A stretch of DNA of 64,000 nt. Source: Alphaproteobacteria bacterium. Its GTDB lineage: Bacteria; Pseudomonadota; Alphaproteobacteria; JBFXJJ01. Positions 29,847-40,600 of the stretch are shown here, piece after piece (positions within the stretch are counted from its first letter, which is position 1; every line of letters begins with the position of its first letter). Below the pieces are notes generated by a model that made no database searches, was not told the origin of the DNA, and was given only the letters and a program-made list of their open reading frames with translations. Where the stretch lies: positions 12,415 to 76,414 of the forward strand of contig JBFXJJ010000008.1 in the NCBI GenBank assembly GCA_050175015.1, read 5' to 3'. Both the position numbers and the translations under genes were made by a program.

Positions 29847-32800
29847 TTTTTAACATTCTCTACGGCAACAATAACTTCGCTTTTGACTTGTTTTGCGTTT
29901 TGTTCGATTGCATCAAGATAGTTTTCACCTAATTGTCCTTTTATAAACTCAATTTCTTTAATAAAAGCAGTGATTTCTTTTTCGCTACTCTGATTGCCTA
30001 TTTCCTGAGAAGAAAGTCTCCTTAATGAATATTGAGATAAGGTTTTATATTCTCTTAAATCCTTAATCAAAACTCTTATAAATGATGACAAACTGCTAAG
30101 CCTATCCTCATAAAAACGTATAGATGCATTAAGATTATTTATAGCTTTAGTTTCAAGTGAGTTTTCGTTGCTTTTATGATGAAATTTAGGCTTCTTTTCT
30201 TTGATGTTTTCGTATGTATCCCAAAACATATCAGAATGTTTGATTTTAGGTTCAGTTTGTTTGCATTCAATATTAGGCAACAGGCTTTCAATATTTATAT
30301 CAAAAATATCAGGCTTTTTATCTCCTTCAACCTTTGCTAGTTGAACAAAAAACCCTAACGCTTTTTTTCTAACTACAATGACTTGATTTTCTTTAAAGTT
30401 TTTAGCCGTCTTAACTCTGTTAGGCAGATATTTAATCTTTTTAAAAATTTCAGGGTATTCTATCCTAATATCCTCAATTTTATTTCTAATTTTGGTGATG
30501 ATGCTTTCTTCTTCATTATCTTCAGGGTTTGAATTTATGCGTTTAAAAAGCTCTGAAGCAGAAGGAATTTCATCTTGGGTAAAGACTTTTGAATCTTCAC
30601 CAAGCGTATTATGAATAAGAAACATTTTCTGGCTTGCGATTTCTTTACTTTTTATAACATCAGCACCTTTTAGGGTTGGAAAGAAGTTGCAGATATAAAG
30701 CTCATCAAAAACCTTTTTGCCAATACGGTTAATTCTTCCGATCCTTTGAATAACCCTAGTTGGGTTCCAAGGAATATCATAATTTATGATTGTTCCTGCT
30801 CGATTTAGATTGAAGCCTTCAGAAAGCTTATCGCTGGCAATAAGAATGGAGTAATTATCTTCCTGTTTGCTTTTAGCAATGCTTGCATCAAAATTTTTAT
30901 AAAGTGTTTCAGCCGTTTTTTTGTTTAAATCACCAGTAAAGGAAAAAACTTTGTTAGGAAAAGCATTTTCAATCGTTTCCTTAAGGTGAGCAACTGTATC
31001 TAAATACTCGGTAAAAACAATAAGTTTGCGGTTTTGCTCTTTTTTTATACTTTCTTTTAAAAAATCAATTAGCTTTGCCCTTTTAGGATCAGAATTTGCT
31101 AAATCAAGATTATCTATTTCTTTTTTTATTTTAGCAAACAAGGCTAAATCACTATCTATATCTTTTAAGAATTGATTTTTATTATAAAAACTATTGATGT
31201 CATAAATTCGGTTATTTTTTGGAGCTTTCTTATCGAGCAGTTCTTCAGCAAATTTTTCTAAGTGTTCTTCAATAGTATCTTCATCTTCAGAGTAAATTTT
31301 ATTAATCAGCTTTCTATCAAGAATATATTTGCCATTTGAATTTTCGATAAACTCTTTAATTTTGATATGGGCTTTTTCAAAGTTTTCAATACTTTTTTTG
31401 AACGCTCCAAAAGAGCTTTCAAACCGTTTTACAAGGAGTCTTCTCATAAAGTCATATAAGTTTCTTTGTTGTTGATATTCCCTGTTATCATCTTGGTTTA
31501 AGTCTTCAAGATTAAGTTTTTTCTCATAGTTAAATGGCTGATAAATTGCCCCTTTAAATTCCCCCACTTCTGCAAAATACTCTTTAATGACCTTGTCGTA
31601 AAATTCTGATTGCTTTTCGTTTAACTCAAAAAGCAATTCTTGAGGGTCTTTAACCTTTGAAAGTTCTTTAACCTCTGTTCGATATTGATAATCGTTTTTA
31701 AGGTCTATTCGGTTTCTTCTAATTAGAATTGGCTCAATAATCTGCCTGATTTCGTTTGATAGTTCGCTTAAGCGGTTTTTAACTTTTTTAATATCGGCAT
31801 ATTCTTCTTTAAAAAGCTCAAAATATTGCTTTTTAGATTTGGCAAGTTTTTCAATATCGTTAGAGTTATGATACCTAGAAACATAAGCAAGTTTGTTAAA
31901 AAGGTTTTCATAGCTTTTAAATCTAGCTTCAATGTTATCATCAAGTGTTATTAGAGATTTTCCTGGAACGATAAAAAGTTTAAGGAGAGAGAATATATCC
32001 GCAGGGCTGTTATTAAATGGTGTGGCGGTTAGCAAAATCACAATTTTGTTACGACAAATCATGTTTAAATATTCATAATCTTGCGTATCTTGATTGCGGA
32101 AACGATGAGCTTCATCAATAACCACAACTTCAATATCCTTACCTTGATTATTCATATATTCAGCAATTTCTTCAAGCTTGCCTGTTGACCTAACCTCCCA
32201 GTCAAAGAGTTCAAAATCACTTTTGTATTTTTGCCAGCCAGCGTTAGCATTAGCATCGCCAATTAGTCCAGGAGGGCAGATAATCATTCCTCTTTTGCCA
32301 ATATTCTTGGCAATGGCACTTGCTATAATCGATTTTCCAAGCCCCACCACATCGGCAATAATAACGCCATTATAGTTTTCGATAATGGTTAGGGCTTGAT
32401 TGACGGCATCAAGCTGATAGGAATAAGTCTTATAGCCCTTATCTTCTAAAATTCTGATGACTTGAGGTTTTATTTTTCTTTGTTCTTGAAGGTCTAAATA
32501 GGTTTTTAAGATATAAGCATACGCTTCAAAAGGCGTAACATTTGCAACTTGAGATTTATTGTTTAGAAAATCGATTAAAAATTGCTTCCTTGCATTATCT
32601 TCAGTAATTTTAACAGAGGTTTCCCAAAGCTCATCAAAGTAGCTTTCTGCATCTTCGGTGCCATAATCAGAAATTTCAACATTAAACTCGTTTTGTTTTT
32701 CAAGTCCTGCTTTGGTTAGATTGCTAGAGCCCGTAATAAACTTAGTATCAGAAATATGCTTTAACTGGTCATTGATTTTGAAAAGATAAAGTTTTGCATG

Positions 32801-33238
32801 GTTTGGCTCTAGGGTTTTTCTGATATGAAGCTTATCTTCTAAAATAAGTTTTAAGAAAAATTCTGCTTGTTCAAAAAAGTCTCGGTTGTCAAGGTCTTCA
32901 TTGTTAAGGGCTTTGTCTAAAGATGCAAAAAAATCATCAGCTTTTTCGGCATTAGAAACATCAGAATTTGAGCCTGCAAACTCGCATATCTTGCCAAGAA
33001 AACTATCGACTTCAAGTCCAACTAGAATTTTAACTGTAATGTTATCTTGTTCTTTGAGGCTTTCGTATAATTCTTTAAGTCCTGAGAAATAGAAAAAACC
33101 AACTAAAAACTTAAGCTCTTTGCTGGAGGTAACAAGCTGTTTTATTCTTGTTTTAAGATTTTTGGTATTTTTTTGATTGGTGATGAAGTTATTGGTCATT
33201 GTCTTTTGCTCGTTGAATTTTGGGGAAGTGTTTATCAA
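29843..33238 (-). CDS. Fusion protein: N-terminal phospholipase-D-family (HKD) nuclease domain plus SNF2-family helicase (SNF2_N + Helicase_C)
   Basis: 1131 aa. HKD motif HAKLYLFKIND...FITGSSNLT. Helicase motif I VVGLGKS, motif II VVIDEAHRFRN, motif VI RVIQRIGRINRIG. Confidence 0.8.
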   Translation of the reverse strand: MINTSPKFNEQKTMTNNFITNQKNTKNLKTRIKQLVTSSKELKFLVGFFYFSGLKELYESLKEQDNITVKILVGLEVDSFLGKICEFAGSNSDVSNAEKADDFFASLDKALNNEDLDNRDFFEQAEFFLKLILEDKLHIRKTLEPNHAKLYLFKINDQLKHISDTKFITGSSNLTKAGLEKQNEFNVEISDYGTEDAESYFDELWETSVKITEDNARKQFLIDFLNNKSQVANVTPFEAYAYILKTYLDLQEQRKIKPQVIRILEDKGYKTYSYQLDAVNQALTIIENYNGVIIADVVGLGKSIIASAIAKNIGKRGMIICPPGLIGDANANAGWQKYKSDFELFDWEVRSTGKLEEIAEYMNNQGKDIEVVVIDEAHRFRNQDTQDYEYLNMICRNKIVILLTATPFNNSPADIFSLLKLFIVPGKSLITLDDNIEARFKSYENLFNKLAYVSRYHNSNDIEKLAKSKKQYFELFKEEYADIKKVKNRLSELSNEIRQIIEPILIRRNRIDLKNDYQYRTEVKELSKVKDPQELLFELNEKQSEFYDKVIKEYFAEVGEFKGAIYQPFNYEKKLNLEDLNQDDNREYQQQRNLYDFMRRLLVKRFESSFGAFKKSIENFEKAHIKIKEFIENSNGKYILDRKLINKIYSEDEDTIEEHLEKFAEELLDKKAPKNNRIYDINSFYNKNQFLKDIDSDLALFAKIKKEIDNLDLANSDPKRAKLIDFLKESIKKEQNRKLIVFTEYLDTVAHLKETIENAFPNKVFSFTGDLNKKTAETLYKNFDASIAKSKQEDNYSILIASDKLSEGFNLNRAGTIINYDIPWNPTRVIQRIGRINRIGKKVFDELYICNFFPTLKGADVIKSKEIASQKMFLIHNTLGEDSKVFTQDEIPSASELFKRINSNPEDNEEESIITKIRNKIEDIRIEYPEIFKKIKYLPNRVKTAKNFKENQVIVVRKKALGFFVQLAKVEGDKKPDIFDINIESLLPNIECKQTEPKIKHSDMFWDTYENIKEKKPKFHHKSNENSLETKAINNLNASIRFYEDRLSSLSSFIRVLIKDLREYKTLSQYSLRRLSSQEIGNQSSEKEITAFIKEIEFIKGQLGENYLDAIEQNAKQVKSEVIVAVENVKK

Positions 33239-34646
33239 TTCCTAATGTCTGATATATGATTGTTTTTAAAACCAAATCTAATCTGTTTGATAGCATACTT
33301 AAAGCTTCCCAGTTTAATGTTTCATTTTTAAAATAAAAAGTGGTGGATATTTCAGAAGAAGATAACTTTCTAGGTCTACCGTTTTTATATGGGTGCGTGA
33401 TAAGGTTTCTAATAAGAGAAACTTGTTTTTTAATATATTCTTTATAACCATATTCAGGAAATTCTTCAGGATAAAGAGTACGTTTTATCATGCTTTTATG
33501 CCAGTCTCCACATAATCCCCCATAAATAAAAATGGTTTCAAAATTATCATTATTTATAAGCTCTAGCCCATTTTTAACATCAACGCCTGATTTGTTTTTT
33601 TTATGTTCAATGTTGCCGATAACTTCTAAAGCTTGAATTTGTGAAATAAGGTAAGTATCTAAAAAATTGTTTTCTTTGCTTAAAATTGTAACGATTAAAA
33701 ATCTTAACTTATTAAAATTATCAAACCATTTTTGCATAACAGCTTTTAAAGCATTTTTTATATCATCATAAGGAATATCTAAATCTAAATAAACGTAATC
33801 TTTTTCGTTTTTAATATTTGGGTTTATAAAATAATAATCATAGCCATTACAATATTTTTTAATCTCTAAATTTTGATTGCATAACAAGGAGAAAAAAGCA
33901 TTTATCTTAAAAATAGTTTGCTTATAAAAATCTAAAGATTGCTCTTCTTCTGTTTCAACACGAATGTAGGTGTCGTTATAAAAACGGCTTTCAAGAATAT
34001 TTTCATAAGAAATACCACTCTTTGAGAATATTGTTATAAAGCATTTAGCATTATCTATGATAATATCAAATTTATTAACTTCCCTTGGAATATTGATTTT
34101 TAAAAATTCTGCATTATCACTGCTTGTTTTGTTTGATTCAGAATTTAAATATTCTAGTCTAAAATATTTACCAAGCCATAAAAATTTATCAAGATTATCT
34201 ATATAAACATCTAAACTTTTAATTTTATCATCTTTTTTTAAAAACTTATCTTTTTTAGGTTTTTTGTATATTTTTGCTAGTATTTTTTTTTCAGAATCAT
34301 CTTCTATATTTGCTAAAACGCTATCTATTTTAGGGTGATGATATACTTCTTTTAAATAAAATTTTTCAAAATTTATATCTGTTTTTTCCCCACCTGTTGT
34401 TGAGGAATTGATAAAGGTAAAATAAAAAAGCTGGTTTGAATAAGATGCCGAATTATTTCTAAAAACACCAAATAATTCAGCCCCGCCAAAACCATAGCGG
34501 CATAATTTTTTAACATCTGTTTCGTTTAAGGTTAGTCTTGGCTCGCCGTCCTTAAATATCAAGATTGCAGATATTTTCTTTTTTGTTATTTTTTTTGGGA
34601 ATGGTTCATAAACAAAACCTTCGTAAATTCCATTTAAATCAACCAT
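33189..34646 (-). CDS. Hypothetical protein with C-terminal HEPN-type Rx4H motif (Abi-like)
   Basis: 485 aa. SLIRNLITHPYKNGRP near the C-terminus. Overlaps the PLD-SNF2 gene start by 50 nt. Confidence 0.4.
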   Translation of the reverse strand: MVDLNGIYEGFVYEPFPKKITKKKISAILIFKDGEPRLTLNETDVKKLCRYGFGGAELFGVFRNNSASYSNQLFYFTFINSSTTGGEKTDINFEKFYLKEVYHHPKIDSVLANIEDDSEKKILAKIYKKPKKDKFLKKDDKIKSLDVYIDNLDKFLWLGKYFRLEYLNSESNKTSSDNAEFLKINIPREVNKFDIIIDNAKCFITIFSKSGISYENILESRFYNDTYIRVETEEEQSLDFYKQTIFKINAFFSLLCNQNLEIKKYCNGYDYYFINPNIKNEKDYVYLDLDIPYDDIKNALKAVMQKWFDNFNKLRFLIVTILSKENNFLDTYLISQIQALEVIGNIEHKKNKSGVDVKNGLELINNDNFETIFIYGGLCGDWHKSMIKRTLYPEEFPEYGYKEYIKKQVSLIRNLITHPYKNGRPRKLSSSEISTTFYFKNETLNWEALSMLSNRLDLVLKTIIYQTLGIDKHFPKIQRAKDNDQ

Positions 34647-34685
34647 TTTTACACACTTTTGGCATTTTTTTGATTGGTGATGAAG

Positions 34686-36422
34686 TTAGTCATATTTTAA
34701 ATCTATTTTAATTCCTAATAATTTTTCTGTATCGCTATTATCGGTCAGTTTAAGAATTATGTTATCATTAATTAGTTTTTGTTTTTCTCCGTCACTTATT
34801 TCAGTAATGTCATCAATCTGATTTTGGTTAAGAGTAAGTATGTATTGTTTGTTATGAGTATTAAAAAGATTGTTAGCTTCAGATAACATAGAAATTTTTT
34901 GTCTTGGGTCAATATCACTAAAAAGACGATTGTCATGAAATAAAAAATCTATTTTATGCCTGCTTCCCATAAACAATAAGGTTAAATCATAACAAAATAT
35001 TTTAGCACTTCCTATTCCGTCAGAGGAATCACTTTCAATTTTTGCGTCAAAATCATATCTTAATTGATTAGTTCCGCTATTGTTTTTAACAGTAATTCCT
35101 GATGTTGCATCAGGGTATATTTTTTTAGCCAGCCTTCTAAAAAAGCCGTCCATATTTTTATCAGAGTTTTCCTCTGTTGAGTTAAGATAATCAACTGTTT
35201 TCTGTTCTTCTTCAACAAACTGTTTCTTTATATTAAGCTCTTTATTTTCATACTCTTTTAATAAGCTTTCATATTTTAAATAATCATTTTTTTGATTCTT
35301 TTTATCGCTAAGTTTGTTGTTCAGTTTTAAAACCACATCAACCGCATTATGAGCATTAAGATATTGCAATTTCTGGTCTAATTTTTTCTCCCAATCTTTT
35401 TTGTCATTATTAAAAGCTGTCAGATTGTTTTGAATAGCCAGTTTTTGTTCGGCAAGCCTTTTGGCTCTGTTTGATAACAATTGCTTATTAAAAACTTCTA
35501 ACTCATCTAAGGTTTTAGATAAATTGTTACTAAAAATTATCCGAGCTTCTTCATATATTGACGTTATTTTTTCTTTGCTTAAGTCTGGAGTGTTTTTTAG
35601 GCTTTGCTCAATGTTTTTTATTTGATATGAGCTTGTAGCAATTTGATTGTTGATATTATCTAATTGTTGCTTTATTTGATTCGCTTCCTGCTCTGTTTGG
35701 TAATAATCTTCAGCAACTTTTGTTTCATTAAGTTTATGCTCTAACTCTTTTATTTCTTCTTCCAAATTTTTCTTTGCAAGCCCAAGGTCTTTAGAGCCAA
35801 TAAAAAATTCTTTTAATACAGGGTCTTTTTTTATCTGCTTGGTTAAATTGTTTATATTATCTAAATCTTTCTTTAGCATCTTTTTTGTTTGAATAAGTCC
35901 AACATCTAATCCCAACAGAAAAGCATTGTTTAGCAATTTTTGATATTCTGTTCCTTTCTTTCTACCGTCAGGATCAGCAAAATTAGAATACGCACCCTTA
36001 GTTCTTCTTATAAAAAAGGGGATTAAAGTTCTAAAAGTTAGATATTGAATTCCAGATGGAATTTCAAAACAAAGCTTTTGCATTTTTTTATTAAAATTAT
36101 CAACCGACAACTCTTCTTTATTCATAAAAATTTTATTATAGTTATCTATAGCACGTTCAACTTTATAATTTTCTCCAGCTATTTCAAATTCAAGATAAAA
36201 AATCCAATTAACGAGTTTTTCTAGAAAATTACCTTGAGGCGTTGCACCTAAGCAAAAATGAATTATCTCTATCATCAAAGATTTACCAACACCATTATAG
36301 GTTTTATCTTTTGATTCGTTGGAGGTATCTTTTTTGCAGGCAACAATAATATTTAAACCCGTTTTTTTAAACTCAACAGTTTTAAAGGTATCTTTGTTTG
36401 CTGATAACGAAATTAAACGCAT
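34686..36422 (-). CDS. SMC/RecN-like coiled-coil ABC ATPase (Lamassu LmuB-like)
   Basis: 578 aa. N-terminal Walker A NGVGKSLMIEI, long coiled-coil middle, C-terminal FHDNRLFSDIDPRQ signature/D-loop-like segment. Confidence 0.5.
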   Translation of the reverse strand: MRLISLSANKDTFKTVEFKKTGLNIIVACKKDTSNESKDKTYNGVGKSLMIEIIHFCLGATPQGNFLEKLVNWIFYLEFEIAGENYKVERAIDNYNKIFMNKEELSVDNFNKKMQKLCFEIPSGIQYLTFRTLIPFFIRRTKGAYSNFADPDGRKKGTEYQKLLNNAFLLGLDVGLIQTKKMLKKDLDNINNLTKQIKKDPVLKEFFIGSKDLGLAKKNLEEEIKELEHKLNETKVAEDYYQTEQEANQIKQQLDNINNQIATSSYQIKNIEQSLKNTPDLSKEKITSIYEEARIIFSNNLSKTLDELEVFNKQLLSNRAKRLAEQKLAIQNNLTAFNNDKKDWEKKLDQKLQYLNAHNAVDVVLKLNNKLSDKKNQKNDYLKYESLLKEYENKELNIKKQFVEEEQKTVDYLNSTEENSDKNMDGFFRRLAKKIYPDATSGITVKNNSGTNQLRYDFDAKIESDSSDGIGSAKIFCYDLTLLFMGSRHKIDFLFHDNRLFSDIDPRQKISMLSEANNLFNTHNKQYILTLNQNQIDDITEISDGEKQKLINDNIILKLTDNSDTEKLLGIKIDLKYD

Positions 36423-36655
36423 TTGCTTATTATTCCTTGTTTTTCTTCAATAACGCCAATCGAAAAAAGAAAAACTATAGTTAAAATCAAATTGTCGAAA
36501 CTATGCTTGGCGAAGTAGTTTCCGCTTTTAAAATCAAATTGATATTTTTTCCATAAATCGTCAATGGTTTTAGGTGTTTTGAGCTCTTCAATGAGATAAC
36601 TACCTAAACCGAGTAGGGACTGTGAAAAATTCAAATGTTTTTTTGGTATAAGCAT
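36413..36655 (-). CDS. Small hypothetical protein (LmuC-like middle gene?)
   Basis: 80-aa ORF overlapping the ATPase start by 10 nt and abutting the upstream gene. Confidence 0.3.
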   Translation of the reverse strand: MLIPKKHLNFSQSLLGLGSYLIEELKTPKTIDDLWKKYQFDFKSGNYFAKHSFDNLILTIVFLFSIGVIEEKQGIISKCV

Positions 36656-36657
36656 AA

Positions 36658-37593
36658 TTACTCTTCTGGTTCTTCAAAAATATCGCAGCTTTCAAAATAT
36701 TTTGCCATAATTTGAATAGCCGCTGGTTGATATACATTGTTACTTTTAGGACATATATTTTCTAAAATCCCAAAAAATATATTATCACCTATGTTGTTTT
36801 TATCAATCATTTCATTTTCGAATTTAAGTTTGTTTTGTTGATAAATATCGCTTAAGGTTTTTTTTGTTTCTTCCGCTAATATGCTTTCTCTTTCCTCAAA
36901 AAACTTGTCTATTTGACCTATTGCAGAATAGGCGTTATCTAGCAAATTTTTTACGTCTAGGCTGATATTATTAATTTTGATTTTTTTATTCCAATCAGGG
37001 GCGATTAATTTGTCATCTAAAATCGTTTTAACGGGGATTTGTGCGATATGGTTTATTACTTCATCAAGAATAGAGTTATTAAGAATGTGCATTTTTGAAG
37101 GGTCTGGCAAATACCCTACAACATCTAACATTTGTTCTTCTGTTAAATCATTAAAAACCATATTTCCTAAATCTTTTGCTGTTAAAAAGCTACATTCTTT
37201 TAGGTTGTTAGTTGTTTTAATGATTCCAATTTTTATCAAACCGTCAGCATTAACACCCTTATATTTATCATTAACAACAAAAAAGAAATTCTCTATCGGC
37301 GACCAATATTTTTTCAATCCGTCAAAATCTGTTTCTAGTTTATTTATCGCTTCAGGATATGATTTGGTTATGTCTTCAGGAGCATAAACTTGATAATAGG
37401 TTGCTGTTTTTGTGTTGCAACCATCATTCTTTCGGTCTCCAATATTGCCCCAAGGTTTAAGTTGTTGGAAATCAGAATCTCTATAATTCATAATTTTGGT
37501 AAATATTTTTTCAAACTCACTGCCATCAGATTCATAAATTTTGTTTTGAAAAATTTTAATAGCATAAGCTTTTTCTTGAGGAGTCATATTCAT
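36658..37593 (-). CDS. Hypothetical protein (candidate effector partner of the SMC-like ATPase, LmuA-like position)
   Basis: 311-aa ORF, first in the 311-aa / 80-aa / ATPase order that mirrors lmuA-lmuC-lmuB (ddmABC) organisation. Confidence 0.3.
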   Translation of the reverse strand: MNMTPQEKAYAIKIFQNKIYESDGSEFEKIFTKIMNYRDSDFQQLKPWGNIGDRKNDGCNTKTATYYQVYAPEDITKSYPEAINKLETDFDGLKKYWSPIENFFFVVNDKYKGVNADGLIKIGIIKTTNNLKECSFLTAKDLGNMVFNDLTEEQMLDVVGYLPDPSKMHILNNSILDEVINHIAQIPVKTILDDKLIAPDWNKKIKINNISLDVKNLLDNAYSAIGQIDKFFEERESILAEETKKTLSDIYQQNKLKFENEMIDKNNIGDNIFFGILENICPKSNNVYQPAAIQIMAKYFESCDIFEEPEE

Positions 37594-37602
37594 TATTCCT
37601 TA

Positions 37603-40600
37603 CTAAACACTCTTGGCTTTGGAGATGCGGTTATAGACAAGCTGGCAGACGGAGCGGTAAACTTCTTTTCGTTCATCTATAGTTAGCCCTATAGCATCAA
37701 AAACAATGTCATCAAGTTCTTTTCTATCGGCAAGAGGTTTTGGCTCTTGCTCTTCAATTGGAATATCGCTTTTAGGGTCAATCCCACATTCTTCGAAAAT
37801 GTTTTTGATTTCTCGGTTGAATAAATTGTTTGTATTTAATTTAGAAAAATTAACACAATCATCTTTTAGTAAGATAAAATTATTTAAATCGGGCTTTTGA
37901 GTTTTGAGAACTCCTCCACCAAAATTTGACCTTCCATATAGTTCTCTAAATAAGTTGGTTGTTGTGGAATTTAAAAATAAAAGGGTGTTTATTTTGTTAG
38001 TTTTACAAACTGTAATTTCGAAGAAATTATCACCAACCAATCTATCGCTATTTAAAAAAGCAATATTTCTATCATTATGGGCTATAATCCAAAGAATTTC
38101 TGCTTCTTTTCTATCGCCTAAAAAATACCATAACTTACGATTTTTTACGGTTTCAATGTTATGAAATCCTGTTAGCTTTTTCCCTTTATCTTTACCTTGT
38201 TTGATTTCTATTTCTGCGATTTCTCCCCATTTGATATATTTTAAGGCGTTCGTTCCTTGTAGTTCAGTTTTAGATTTATCACATAAAAAAAGAAAACCTT
38301 TTGGTTTGATTTTTGAAACATCAATTTTTTTAAGCTCATTGGTTTTCATTGTTGCGGGTTTTAAAAACTCTTCTTCAATGCCCCATTCTTTGGCTTGGGT
38401 ATCCGTTAAATAGAAAAATTCATTACAGCCTGTTGTTATGCCTCTTCTTACTTCGGCAACATCTTTTAATTTGACTAGCTTATCTTTGCCTTTTTCTAAA
38501 ATGGTAAAGAAAATATCGGGGGCTCTTAAATATTTTCCACCCCATTTATCGCCGATATATTTGTTTTCATCAACGCCTGCTTCATATAATTCATCATAGT
38601 TTATGCTATAAACCCTAAAGGAACCAGTTTTTAAAATGCCGTTAGTGTTTTCAATTTCAAGCAGGTTTTCAGTTACAACCACTTCTTCAAAAGGTTTTTT
38701 AAAGGCAACAAATTTAACTTTTTTATCTTTCTTTTGAAACTTATCTTCTGGGGCAGAAAAAATAGAAATTATGGTATTAACATCAGCGTTGGCAAAGCTT
38801 CGTTTAACCTGATTATCAATAATATAGTGCATCTCTACATTGTTTAGCAAAAACTCCTGAAGCCAAGCACCATAACCGACATCAAGCCAAGAGTTAGAGC
38901 AAACAAAACAATGTATGCCTTTGGGGTTTAAAATTCTTAAAGTATGTAAGTAAAAATAAACATATAAATCAGACTTTTTATCGGTTTTGGTTTTGGCTTT
39001 AAAATAACTTGGGTAATCAACCTTAACCGTTTGTTCCAACAAGTCCTTGTAATCTTTGTTGTCTTTTACCAAGCCATTAGGGTCGCTTATTTCCTCTTGC
39101 CTGACATAAGGCGGGTTGCCGATGATTATATCAAATCCGCCTTTTTCACCAAAAATCTCTGCAAACTCAATGTTCCAGACCAGCGGGTGATTGTCGGTTA
39201 GATTTTTAGCTTCTTCTTGTAATAAGGCTATTTCCTCTCTTAATTGCTCTTTTTCTTTTTCTAGTGAGGCAGAATTTTCTTTTTTTGTTTTTTCCCCAAA
39301 TTCAATTAAACTTCCCTGTTTGGAGTAAGTTTTCATATACTCATTTAGCTTTTCTTTTTTGTTTGTTATTTCATCATGGAGCAAATCTAAAAAAAGGTTT
39401 TTTTCCATATTTCTTATAGAGTGAATATCTACGCCGTTTTTGTTATTAAAAAAATCGATTTTAGCATTTTTCAGCTTGGTAACTTTGGCTTTTATGCTTT
39501 GAGAAATGCTCGCGTGTCCTTGTATTGGAAAAAGCTTGCCTCCAATTCTCTGCACCAATGAATCCCCACATCTAACCTTAAAGTTAAGGCTTGGAAGGAG
39601 CGGTTCAAAAGAAGTGTTTTTATCCTCTGGCATATCAATAAATAATGACAGCCAAAGCCTTAATTGGTTTATCCAAACTGCCCAGCGTTTAACCTCAACG
39701 CCGTATAAGGATTTTGCAATGATTTCCTTTTTGCGGTCAAAGGCGGAATAGTTTTTATATTCATCAGGGCAGTTGTTTCTGGTTTGCAGGCTTCCTAAAA
39801 GCTCATCTAAAACCTGCATCATGCCAACTTCAAAAGCACCCGAGCCTGCGGCTGGGTCGCATATTGTTATATTTTGCAAAAGCTCAATTAGTCCTTTGAT
39901 TTCTTTGGCGGTAAAATCGCCTTGCTTTTGGCATTCGTCAAACTCTTTATCAACACCCATTTCTCTAAAAATAAAATGATATAGGTCTTGTTTCGTGCAA
40001 TTAGAGTTTTTCTCAAGCCATTTAACCAGCGATAACCTGCACATTAAATCAACTTCAGTTCTTGGGGTATAAACCGCACCATCTTTTTTATTAACTAATC
40101 TTTCAAAGATAATTCCTAAAAATTCAGGGTTTAGTTCAAGCTCTTCATCATAATTAGTGTTTTCTTCAATCGTAAAATTATATTGAAACAAAAACTCAAA
40201 AAAGGCTTCAATCTCTTTGTCAGGGATATAAGCCGAAGCTAAATCGACCCCTGTTTTTTGCTTAAATAATTCACCATTTAAAAAAGGTGCCATTTGCAAG
40301 GTTTTCTGCGTTTTTTCAGAAAAATCATTGTTGCGGTATTTAACTTGCGTTCCTGGAGTGCTGTTCAAAGCTTCAAAAAACAATGGTTCTAACCAGTTTT
40401 TATAAAACTTATTATCACCATTAAACTTTGCTTTATATTCTAACCAGAAATTTTGCAAAAATTCTTGGTCTCCGCCAAGCCAGCCTCTTTTCTGCACAAA
40501 GCCGATAAATATGGTTCTAATCACAAAGAGCAGGGCAAAATCTTCTTTAGTTGAGGTATCTTCAATTTCTTTAACGCTTTTGGCAATTTGTTCAAACTTG

